In this document: positions 47,478 through 56,547 of the stretch, piece after piece
Layout of the letters: the number at the start of each line of letters is the position of its first letter
Numbering within the stretch: the stretch's first letter is position 1
Origin: a virus
Length of the DNA: 64,000 bases
Virus record (IMG/VR): IMGVR_UViG_3300022939_001737
Span: 22,001 to 86,000 of that record
Direction: 5' to 3' (one strand)
Position numbers and translations under genes: made by a program
The notes under the pieces: generated by a model
Told to the model about the DNA's origin: nothing
Database searches by the model: none
The model's input: the letters and a program-made list of their open reading frames with translations, nothing else

Positions 47478-50400
47478 TTAAATTCCAAATAATTGCAGTG
47501 CAAGATAATCACCATCTACACCGCCACCTGTTTGATTAACTAGTACAGGAATATTAATTTGGTTATCTGATGTAGTAGTAATATAACTTGCACTTACTTT
47601 AACTTGTCCCGCAATCAAAGTATTCGTTAACGCATCTGAACCACCGCTTGAAATTCTACTTTCTAAGTATTTTATAATCGCTGCTTGTGTTGGAACAATG
47701 TTATTAGAGTTTGCAACAAATGAGCCATCTTTAGAAAATTCTCTAATAACAACCTGAGATCCGCCTATTACAACTCCACCTAGAGAAAGTTCGCTCAAAC
47801 CATTTAATTCAAATAAGTCTGCATTAACTGTAACGCTACCTGTTGCTTGTTCTACTTCAAATAATTCACCTACCCTGAAGTTACCATCTTGGTCTGTTGA
47901 TGTGTAGAACACTCTGCCGCCGCCATTATCTACAGTTTCGTTAAATGGCTGTGGTTCATTTAAAGAGTCAACACCTTCGAGATACAAATCAGGATATCTT
48001 GTGGTATTGGTATTTCCTGTTCCAATGTCAAGGAAGTCGTGACCAGTCAATCTAATCTGGCTGTACTTTTCTCTAAGTATAACACTTTCTTCGTGTGCCG
48101 GAGATTCAAGATCTCCTAGTGTTGGACTAATAGTAATTTCAATGCTATAAGGACCAGTTCCTGTAGTACTAACAACTTTAGTTAATCTATATGTTACATC
48201 ATCAATTCCATTGATCACAACGTTTGCACCTGGGCCAGGAATAGCGGAAACATTTTTTAAGAATAATGTTCTTCCAGTTTGGAATATATCTGCATATCCA
48301 GGGCCGGATACTGTTCCTATAGCCGATACATATGCGTTACCCCTATTACTAAATACAGGTTGCGCAAGCACTCCGTCCCTTACAAATGCTTCATATAATG
48401 CTTCGGCTGTGTTGTCAGGATCATAAAATATAACATCAGGCGCACTATCATACCCTCCGCCTGGATCGTACATTTTCACACTAGTCACCCTGCTGCTTTC
48501 TACGATTGCTCTTGCAATTGCTTGTGCACCTGATTCTATTTCAATGACACTTGTGTAGTCAAATGCTGGTGCAACCCAAATTTCTGTGTTGCTAACTCCA
48601 AATTCGTATGATTGAGTAGTACCGATAGAATACTGTGTGCTATCTTCTGCAAACCATTGCCAAGCCCAGCCGTCTTGGCTTTTGACTACGTGGGAACCGC
48701 TAGTAGATTCAGAGAATGCTAAAAATTCTCCGTTTCTATAAATTACTCTGCTTGTATAATAAGTAGGTAAAGTAACAATATGATTATCACTTGAGTACCA
48801 AGTAACTCCGTCAAAACTGTATGCAGCTTGTGCCTCATATGATGTAGGAGCATTTGAATTATCTGCTCCTACTGCTACATATCTTCCGTTGCCGTATGCA
48901 ATATCTAACCAATTAGGTTGATTCAAAGCACTAATGTTATTTGTTTCGGACCAAGTTATCCCATCAAGACTTATTGCAGTTACACTATCTGCTTTGATAG
49001 CTACAAAACCTTTTGACCCGTATGTAACTGAAGCCCAAGGTGTTCCTCCAACATTTGTAAATGTTGTGTAACTCTGACTTGAACCGTCTTGGTTACATTT
49101 CGTTGCTCCTTGTTCCCAAACAGCAACAATTGTGCCGTTTTTATCTGTAGTAATTGCTGACCATTGATTATTATGACTATCTAAGGTCCAATTAATCCAG
49201 GTGTTTGTTTGAGATTGATATCGATAAACTGTACTAGATCCTGTATGTAAAAAATATGCATAATCGTTATCACTTGTAGAAAGTAATCCGCTGCCTACAC
49301 TATCTCCTATACCTGTCAAATCTAGTGCTGTAATAGTAAAGGTTTGCCCGTCATTACTAAAAGCAGCATCTCCCTTTGTATTAATAGCAATCCAAGTACC
49401 ATTATCAAAAGGAGCACTTGCACCGTAATTTTCTATCCATTCAATACTACCAATGTACTCATTGCCCGGACCTGCAGTGAATCCTTCTGGATAATTTTTT
49501 GTAATATTAGGTTGTATACTTACAGGCGGCGCTTCTATTTCAACCCTTGGTTCTAAACTGTATCTAGTTGTTGTATCTAATGTACTGACAATCGGTCTAC
49601 CTGGATCTAAATTTTGCCAACCTGCTGTGCCATTGTATTCTTTAGAAATAATGGCTACCTTTGTTGCTGCATTGTATCCTGTAATATAGCCATATTGTCC
49701 AACTCCTGCACCTGAAACAATAACGATTCTCATTCCTATATATTTTTCGGGTGTTCCGGTTTCATCTGCTGCTGCAAGTGTAATACTAAATTCATTGCCG
49801 CCTTGTGCATTGTTAAGCAAGTACTGATAATTAAGACCGCCAGGTATACTACTATCAGCTTCACCTAAAATTCTAATATTAGATAAACCTTTAGATCTTA
49901 CTTCGTCGTAAATTGCTGCGGCGCCTGCGCCTGTCCCAGTAAATTGAATCTGTGCGTCTGGTGCGCCTGTTACAGAGTTAAAATAGTGTCCGCCTAAATT
50001 ATCGTACTCTAGTGCAACAATTTCGTTACCATTTGTTATCACTCTTGAGACAGGTGCTTCTTTAGTTTGATTATCTATTTGTGCTGAAATAGGAATTTCA
50101 GTTGCATCAACACCTTCAGCTACTGATCCATATAACCCATAGGAGTTGTTACCATTTGTTGCACGTACAACCCCGCCATCTTCAGCAAGATACCCAATAT
50201 GACAAAAATATGTAAACACCGATACAAGTTCCGAGCGTCCGCCATCTTTTGCCCAATAACCTATACCATCACTTAAAACTTGGGTAAAGTCGTTTGCTAC
50301 TACTGATCTATTTCCGCCGTTATGTAACGATCCATCAACTTTAAGTCCTATACACGCAGTTCCAAATGTTGTAACATTTTGTACGTAGCAAGATTTGTTT

Positions 50401-52736
50401 ATAATCCAAACACTTTGATCGTCAGGACCCGATCCAGGATCTAAACTTACAAATGCACCGGCTGTGGGGCGTCTTGTAAAATATTGGTTAGGATCACCAA
50501 GTGTACCGCTTAATCCTTGTAGTGTCATATTTCTTATACCACTACCATTGTTTACAAAGAACATATTTTCTTCTTCATAACCAGGTGCAGGTTGTATCAC
50601 AGTTCCACGTAATTCATCACCAACTAGCGCACAGTTTCTTGGCAATTTTATTGGTGTTATTTCATCATATATTCCAGTTTTAACAAATACAGTTGTATTA
50701 GGATATGTATCTATTGTGACTGGCATAACTATATCATCGCCGGTTTGAACATATGTAACATTTTCTGCACTAAGAGTATCTGCTATAGAATTCAAATAAT
50801 TTACTAGTTCTAAATATCTTAGTGCTTCTTCGGATGTTGCTCCTGCTACAAATAATTGTCTTTCTAATGCAGGTATAGTATCAGCAACATCTAGTCCTAC
50901 ATTAATATCTAAATCACCGTAGGCTGTGCCTGTTCTCGGATTAGTTGCATTAAGTGCAGCTGATAGAGTCGGAGCTTCTGCTGCCAAGGTTCCTAAAAAA
51001 TCATTTAAGATTGCTGTTGATATTACTGTTACAAATCCGCCAGTTGCATTAGTATATCTTGTAGGATTATATTTTACTTCACCTAGATTATTATATATGT
51101 AATCAAGTGCATACTTTACTGTTCTAAATGGTGCACTAATTGTTCTGCCGTTTCCTATGCCGTCTGTGCCGTCTACACTTACATAAAATGTGTTAGGTAC
51201 TTCTTCAAAAGCATCCCAGCTTAATGCACTTGAATTGCTAACTTTCAATGCGTTACCCGGAGTTCCAATTGCTAACCTAAGTGTTTCAGAACCGTCGTGA
51301 GTTCTAATATCACCTATTGTTGTTAATACATTTGTATCTTTGCCTTGAAGTAGCACTCTCCAATAATTTTCGTTTGTATTTTCTATATCTAAATCAGGTC
51401 TAGTATCACTTTCTGTACCAGTATGACGTTGTATACAAATATACAATGTGCCTGCATATGTTACAATGTCGCCTAGATAATAAACTGTGTTGTCAATCCA
51501 AGTATTTCTAAACTGTCTACCTGTTACTAAAACTCTCCAGATTGTGTCGTTGCTATCTGGAAATGTTCCTGAATTGTCTGTAATTGCTTCCCATAAATAG
51601 CCGCTATTTCTAACAACGTCTCCGGTAAGATAGTTTACATCAGATGCCCATTCTCCTATAAATCTATAACCTTGTGTAGCTAATTCCCAGTCACCTTGAT
51701 TTTGAAGTAATCCATTTGCACTAGGAACTGATCCTACATTGTTTGTAAGTGCTGTATAAGAATAGCCACCATACTTTACAACATCGCCTATATCATATTC
51801 TACACCAGAGTCCCATACTCCTTCATATTCTACACCTAAAACCCAAACATCCCATACTGCATCGTCTACTCTTAAACTGTTTTGCGAAGTATGGTGTTGG
51901 TTTGCCTTAAATAATGTTCCGCCTGATTTTACAATATCGTTCTTTTTATAACGTGTCTCAGGTAACCAATCACCTTTGAATTCTATACCTTCAACAACAA
52001 TTTCCCATTTGTCATCCGAATCTTCTAATCCTGCAGACACAGTTACCGCAGATGTATGCTCTTCTGTACATCTATAAACTATTCCGCCGTACTTTACAAT
52101 ATCATCAATTACATAGCGTGTGTTTGTCTGCCAGTCTGTTCTCCAATTATCACTTCTTGTAACAAACTGCCACTTGTCTTGATCGTCTTCTAAACCTAAA
52201 GCATATGAGTTAGCAGCAGTATGTTTTTCTGTACAAATATAAGTTAACCCGTTGTATATAACTACATCGCCTAAATCATAATTTGAAATAACACCAATGT
52301 CTCCTGGAACATTTGGATCAGGTGCAACTGTCGGAGTCCAGGTATTACGCCAATTATATGTTGTAGCAACAATAGTCCATTTTGTAATATCGGCTATAGG
52401 TCCTTGAACTATTTGTGCAGTACTCTGATGACCTTCAATACACTTATAGACGTATCCCTTCCATTTAACAATATCACCTAGTTTATAATACGTATCATTT
52501 GTCCAATCTGCTTTCCATTCGGTGCCATCAAACATTAATTCCCATCTCGGAGCAGGTTTATTGTTTACTACTGCTGCTAAATCAGTGTAAATATTATTAG
52601 CAGCCGATTCGTGTCCTGTCAAACAAACATATGTTTTTGCACCATAAACTACAATATCGTCTTTAACATATTGTGTAGATACCTGCCAGATGTTTTTCCA
52701 TCTAAAACGTATTCTGTCAATATTAAAATCTGCCAT
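47478..52736 (-). CDS. Giant fibre/spike protein (1752 aa), paralog of the 1681-aa protein, with an extra YGNG/S.DG.TW propeller-like region
   Basis: Same N-terminal W repeats and the same NVTTFG, ANDFTQ, RLTGHDFLDIGTG and TDQDGNFRVG blocks. Confidence 0.8.
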   Translation of the reverse strand: MADFNIDRIRFRWKNIWQVSTQYVKDDIVVYGAKTYVCLTGHESAANNIYTDLAAVVNNKPAPRWELMFDGTEWKADWTNDTYYKLGDIVKWKGYVYKCIEGHQSTAQIVQGPIADITKWTIVATTYNWRNTWTPTVAPDPNVPGDIGVISNYDLGDVVIYNGLTYICTEKHTAANSYALGLEDDQDKWQFVTRSDNWRTDWQTNTRYVIDDIVKYGGIVYRCTEEHTSAVTVSAGLEDSDDKWEIVVEGIEFKGDWLPETRYKKNDIVKSGGTLFKANQHHTSQNSLRVDDAVWDVWVLGVEYEGVWDSGVEYDIGDVVKYGGYSYTALTNNVGSVPSANGLLQNQGDWELATQGYRFIGEWASDVNYLTGDVVRNSGYLWEAITDNSGTFPDSNDTIWRVLVTGRQFRNTWIDNTVYYLGDIVTYAGTLYICIQRHTGTESDTRPDLDIENTNENYWRVLLQGKDTNVLTTIGDIRTHDGSETLRLAIGTPGNALKVSNSSALSWDAFEEVPNTFYVSVDGTDGIGNGRTISAPFRTVKYALDYIYNNLGEVKYNPTRYTNATGGFVTVISTAILNDFLGTLAAEAPTLSAALNATNPRTGTAYGDLDINVGLDVADTIPALERQLFVAGATSEEALRYLELVNYLNSIADTLSAENVTYVQTGDDIVMPVTIDTYPNTTVFVKTGIYDEITPIKLPRNCALVGDELRGTVIQPAPGYEEENMFFVNNGSGIRNMTLQGLSGTLGDPNQYFTRRPTAGAFVSLDPGSGPDDQSVWIINKSCYVQNVTTFGTACIGLKVDGSLHNGGNRSVVANDFTQVLSDGIGYWAKDGGRSELVSVFTYFCHIGYLAEDGGVVRATNGNNSYGLYGSVAEGVDATEIPISAQIDNQTKEAPVSRVITNGNEIVALEYDNLGGHYFNSVTGAPDAQIQFTGTGAGAAAIYDEVRSKGLSNIRILGEADSSIPGGLNYQYLLNNAQGGNEFSITLAAADETGTPEKYIGMRIVIVSGAGVGQYGYITGYNAATKVAIISKEYNGTAGWQNLDPGRPIVSTLDTTTRYSLEPRVEIEAPPVSIQPNITKNYPEGFTAGPGNEYIGSIEWIENYGASAPFDNGTWIAINTKGDAAFSNDGQTFTITALDLTGIGDSVGSGLLSTSDNDYAYFLHTGSSTVYRYQSQTNTWINWTLDSHNNQWSAITTDKNGTIVAVWEQGATKCNQDGSSQSYTTFTNVGGTPWASVTYGSKGFVAIKADSVTAISLDGITWSETNNISALNQPNWLDIAYGNGRYVAVGADNSNAPTSYEAQAAYSFDGVTWYSSDNHIVTLPTYYTSRVIYRNGEFLAFSESTSGSHVVKSQDGWAWQWFAEDSTQYSIGTTQSYEFGVSNTEIWVAPAFDYTSVIEIESGAQAIARAIVESSRVTSVKMYDPGGGYDSAPDVIFYDPDNTAEALYEAFVRDGVLAQPVFSNRGNAYVSAIGTVSGPGYADIFQTGRTLFLKNVSAIPGPGANVVINGIDDVTYRLTKVVSTTGTGPYSIEITISPTLGDLESPAHEESVILREKYSQIRLTGHDFLDIGTGNTNTTRYPDLYLEGVDSLNEPQPFNETVDNGGGRVFYTSTDQDGNFRVGELFEVEQATGSVTVNADLFELNGLSELSLGGVVIGGSQVVIREFSKDGSFVANSNNIVPTQAAIIKYLESRISSGGSDALTNTLIAGQVKVSASYITTTSDNQINIPVLVNQTGGGVDGDYLALQLFGI

Positions 52737-52740
52737 TTTC

Positions 52741-53118
52741 TTATCCTAATCCATTTGATGACGAATTTTCATCGTATACAAATCTTTGATTTACTCTTGC
52801 TACTAATTGACCTTCATCGTCGATATAATATGCAATATTTCTATCATCCCATTTAAACTGTTCATAATTTAAATTTTCATATACTAAATTATGATTTACA
52901 TCTCTGCCTTCATAAAAGTCTTGCCCTTCTTCAAAATCAGGAAAGTTATTTGTTGGATCTCCTGATTTGTTAATTTCTAAACTGTCTGTTCTACTTAGTT
53001 GATCAATTTTGCCTACAAACAATTCGCCTTGATCTGTTCTGCGCAAACCGTAAAAAAATCTGTTTTGTAGGGCTCCTACAATATGATCTGGTGATAATCC
53101 ACTATAATATTCTGCCAT
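52741..53118 (-). CDS. Hypothetical virion protein
   Basis: FYGLRRT..GEL, Y.QF.WD...YYID..G.LV.R.N; lies in the fibre operon. Confidence 0.6.
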   Translation of the reverse strand: MAEYYSGLSPDHIVGALQNRFFYGLRRTDQGELFVGKIDQLSRTDSLEINKSGDPTNNFPDFEEGQDFYEGRDVNHNLVYENLNYEQFKWDDRNIAYYIDDEGQLVARVNQRFVYDENSSSNGLG

Positions 53119-53127
53119 TTTTATTCC

Positions 53128-53457
53128 TTATACGATATCCACATAACTTATTACTGCATCAAGTGCTTCGTCTTGATCAGCTTGTAAATATAATTGATTG
53201 TTTGGTGCTAGAATTAATTTTTCTGCTGGCGCAAGAGCGTGAAATGTACTATTAGGAGGTATCATTACATCTTTCATATAAAATCCCATAACACTACCGT
53301 CGTCGTGTACCATTATGCTTGCATACACCATAAAGTCTGTAAGATTAGCTAGTGTCATACCGATTACAGTTGACCTAGTTGCTCCGTCAGTTTCTATTGC
53401 AAGTATAGGTACTGTCCCTATTTCCTTAACTACTTTATTTAAAAAACTTGTTGCCAT
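53128..53457 (-). CDS. Small beta-sandwich virion protein
   Basis: STVIG..LAN, IPP....EKLIL and D.V.SYV; paralog of 59926..60264. Confidence 0.6.
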   Translation of the reverse strand: MATSFLNKVVKEIGTVPILAIETDGATRSTVIGMTLANLTDFMVYASIMVHDDGSVMGFYMKDVMIPPNSTFHALAPAEKLILAPNNQLYLQADQDEALDAVISYVDIV

Positions 53458-53461
53458 TTTA

Positions 53462-56413
53462 TTATCCTAAAACCAATACATATTCTAATACAAGATTTTC
53501 TGCCTGATTAAATGTAATTGAACCTGTAGAACCAGCCACTGACGCCCAACTAAATCCATCAAATATTTCTAAGTATCCTTCTTCAGTGTTATACCGAATC
53601 ATACCTGTTTCTCTATATGCTGGAACAGGTCTTTGCGCACTAACACCTAATGGTACAACAAATCCGCCTGTACCTTCAATTTTAACATATCCATCTCCTG
53701 TTTGGTTGAATTCAAACACACCGCCTGGGTCTGTATTAGTTAAAACAGAATCTTTTACTGAAATATTGTCAATTACAACTGAGCCTGTGCCATTACTTTG
53801 TAATTGTAAATCAGTATCAGCTGTTGCTGTACTTATTGTATTTCCATCTATTACAATATCATCAACTTCTACTCTAACTGTAGATAATTTTGTTGAATCA
53901 ATTGTTGTATTTAAATTACTACCTGTGTAGAATCTTATTGTATCATCATTTGCACCAGGAGTAAGTTCTGCTGTAATATAAGTGTCTTGATCTAAATCAT
54001 ATACACCATTAAGTGCAATCCAATTACCGTCATAACCTTCAAATAAGTTTGTATCTGTGTTGTAACGTATCATACCTTCTACAGGAGTAGGTCTACTTGC
54101 AGTATCACCTGTTGGCAATTGCAGACCGCTTGTGCCGTCTATTCTAATAGTACCATTAGCACTGTCTAAAATTATATCTCCAGCGGTGCTTGATATTGTA
54201 TTTCCACTTATTCTTAAATTTCCAGTATCAATATAATTTCCTGTTATTACAGTAGAAGATCCTCCTGTAGTGACAGTTATACCTTGTGTTGCTGCAATGT
54301 TTACATCACTTGCACTGAAGTTTACTGTGCCGTCTTCTTGGTTTACGTGAAATAAATCACCTACTCTAAAATCTCCTTTGTGATCGACTGAATTATATCT
54401 TACTTTTGCATCGTTTAGTTCTACAACTTCGTTTGCTTGTATCACAGTAGCAGTATTGTTTGTAGTTTCTTTTCCATTGCCTATGTATGCAAGATTTTGT
54501 CCAATAGCATAAACAATAACTCCGGGTCCGTCGCCCCAAAGGCCGTAATTGCCATACACACAAGCACTAGCAATCATTCTTATTTCAGCACCAAAGTCTC
54601 TTAGATCATAATTCAGTATTTCTGTAGCCGATGCAGCACCACTTGTAATACTTTGAGGTGTTGTATCAAACCCTATTAGATCAGTAAATTTGCCATCAAC
54701 AATAATTGTGTCTCCGTCAACACTGTCTATGGTTGCAGTTGCAACTGTTGATGCATCTGTAGATGTAAATGTTATAGTGTTGCCTTGTGAAAAGGTACCT
54801 GTCACTCCACCTAATTTGATTCTTGTTTTACCGTCGCCTGAAAGACCATCATTGCTATCAAATGCAATTACTCCTCTATCGGCAAAATATGTAAAACAAT
54901 TTAGCCATTCAACTCTTGCACCATTTGTACAAGTAAGTCCGTCTACTCCTGGTGTAATAAAAGTTACGCTGTGAAATAAACAACCTGCTTCTCTTGAATT
55001 TGCAGTTGCATAAGCACCGTCTATATAAGCGCCTTTGCCTGCATCTCCAGAATTAAAACCTCTAGGATCACTTACACTTACTGTGCTTCCTTTTGTAATT
55101 ACAGATATGTTTCTTACGTAAGGAGACCTGCTTGTAACTTCAAAGTCTGTAGCAAAACGGAATCCATAACCATTATCAGGAAATGTTCTATTACCACCAT
55201 TACAGCTGAAAATTAATCCTTTTACAAAAGCTGTTGTACCAATTGTGCCTGCAGGTCCTGTGTAATATATTACAAGTTCACCTGTTGTGTAATCATATGT
55301 AGAACTATTAATTGAGTACTCTACACTATCAATCGTTACTGTTCCACCACTTACATAAGAATGGGCAAAAGGTGCAGTGCCTACGTTAAATGTAGCTACA
55401 TTTGTTGTAGTACCTGCTATTAATTCAAAAAAGTTTCCGCCACTATAAAAATCTGCAACTGTTAAATCTTCAACAGTTGTTTCACCATTTAACAAGAATG
55501 CATCATTATATCTTGTAGTTGTTGTAGGCACAACTTTTACACCACGTAAACTATGGCCTTTAACTGTAACTCCTGCAGGAACATTTAAAGGAAAATCTTC
55601 TGCGTATACTCCAGGATATATGTGTACTGTATCACCACTTGTTGCCTGAGATAATGCATATTCTATACTACCAAAAGGATCATTTGGATGATCTCCGGTA
55701 TAAGCATCATTACCATTTTCTGCTACATAGTAAATGTTGCCCTGTCTAAGGGCTAAGTCAATTCCATCTGCGTCTATACTGTTTGCACTAATTGTTCCTG
55801 CAAAGAAGTTTTGTGTCCAGACATCGGCCCATCTTTTTCCTCCGGAATTAGGATCACTACCTAAACTGTATGTATCAGTTGCGTCTGGAATTATATCAGA
55901 AGCTATTTCTGCATTAAAGGTTACATTGTCAGTATCAGCATCACCGATTGTAATATTACCATCTGCTGTGATAGTTCCTGTAGCAAAAACATTACCGTAT
56001 ACATTTGTATCTGCAAACACTTCTACAGATCCTGTGCCATTTGGTGCTAATTCTAAATTTTCATTAGAAACATTAGTGCTAATAACATTGTTTTCAATAT
56101 CAATACTATCAACACTCAATCGAGTTTGGTATACAACATTATCAGCTGTGCCTAATGTTAATGTAGGTTGTGATGTTGAAATAGTTGTACCAGTGATGTT
56201 AATGTCACCTATATTAGCAAAGTCACTAACTTCTAATCCAGGTGCTCTAACACTGCCATTTACATCTAAGTCGTATTGAGGTGTGTTAGTTTTTATACCA
56301 ACACGGCTGTTATTCACATCTAAATATAATAGGTCGGTCTCAAAAGCAAGATCCACACCTTCCCTAAGAAGGTTTGCTTTTAAGAGCGGACCGGATATAC
56401 GACCAATAGCCAT
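53462..56413 (-). CDS. Fibre/baseplate protein (983 aa) with beta-helix-like domain
   Basis: MAIGRISGPLLK.NL.R.G.DLAF, YYVA.NG.D...GDH..PF, SPY.RN..VIT.G and G.IRYNT...FEGY repeats. Confidence 0.75.
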   Translation of the reverse strand: MAIGRISGPLLKANLLREGVDLAFETDLLYLDVNNSRVGIKTNTPQYDLDVNGSVRAPGLEVSDFANIGDINITGTTISTSQPTLTLGTADNVVYQTRLSVDSIDIENNVISTNVSNENLELAPNGTGSVEVFADTNVYGNVFATGTITADGNITIGDADTDNVTFNAEIASDIIPDATDTYSLGSDPNSGGKRWADVWTQNFFAGTISANSIDADGIDLALRQGNIYYVAENGNDAYTGDHPNDPFGSIEYALSQATSGDTVHIYPGVYAEDFPLNVPAGVTVKGHSLRGVKVVPTTTTRYNDAFLLNGETTVEDLTVADFYSGGNFFELIAGTTTNVATFNVGTAPFAHSYVSGGTVTIDSVEYSINSSTYDYTTGELVIYYTGPAGTIGTTAFVKGLIFSCNGGNRTFPDNGYGFRFATDFEVTSRSPYVRNISVITKGSTVSVSDPRGFNSGDAGKGAYIDGAYATANSREAGCLFHSVTFITPGVDGLTCTNGARVEWLNCFTYFADRGVIAFDSNDGLSGDGKTRIKLGGVTGTFSQGNTITFTSTDASTVATATIDSVDGDTIIVDGKFTDLIGFDTTPQSITSGAASATEILNYDLRDFGAEIRMIASACVYGNYGLWGDGPGVIVYAIGQNLAYIGNGKETTNNTATVIQANEVVELNDAKVRYNSVDHKGDFRVGDLFHVNQEDGTVNFSASDVNIAATQGITVTTGGSSTVITGNYIDTGNLRISGNTISSTAGDIILDSANGTIRIDGTSGLQLPTGDTASRPTPVEGMIRYNTDTNLFEGYDGNWIALNGVYDLDQDTYITAELTPGANDDTIRFYTGSNLNTTIDSTKLSTVRVEVDDIVIDGNTISTATADTDLQLQSNGTGSVVIDNISVKDSVLTNTDPGGVFEFNQTGDGYVKIEGTGGFVVPLGVSAQRPVPAYRETGMIRYNTEEGYLEIFDGFSWASVAGSTGSITFNQAENLVLEYVLVLG

Positions 56414-56535
56414 CTCTTCTCCTCAATACGGGGATCCTGTCCCTCTAGCCAAATTCTCAGCCTTTCGGCTCTTTGCTGGTTAACCACAGTTTGGACCTGC
56501 AAGTATTGGTCTTACATTGCATTAATTATATTTAT
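56414..56535 (-). promoter_or_regulatory. Late promoter plus ~110-nt structured 5' leader of the 983-aa gene
   Basis: ATAAATA at 56529-56535; stems CCAAA/TTTGG, AGCC-GAAA-GGCT and GGGA/TCCC next to the GAGGAG SD. Confidence 0.55.
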
Positions 56536-56547
56536 CGTTTTTTAGGA

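Noticed and set aside
42395-52736. CRISPR array or DGR template/variable repeat among the repeated sequences
   Set aside because: The repeats are degenerate protein-level repeats within ORFs. I saw no identical DNA direct repeats with spacers, no adenine-specific TR/VR pair and no reverse transcriptase.
56414-56523. c-di-GMP-I riboswitch or twister ribozyme match (GCAAA..GAAA; TAATGCA..GTCC..GAGGG)
   Set aside because: Only fragments match. The GACGC/tetraloop-receptor arm and the twister pseudoknot register are absent. Kept only as an unassigned structured leader.
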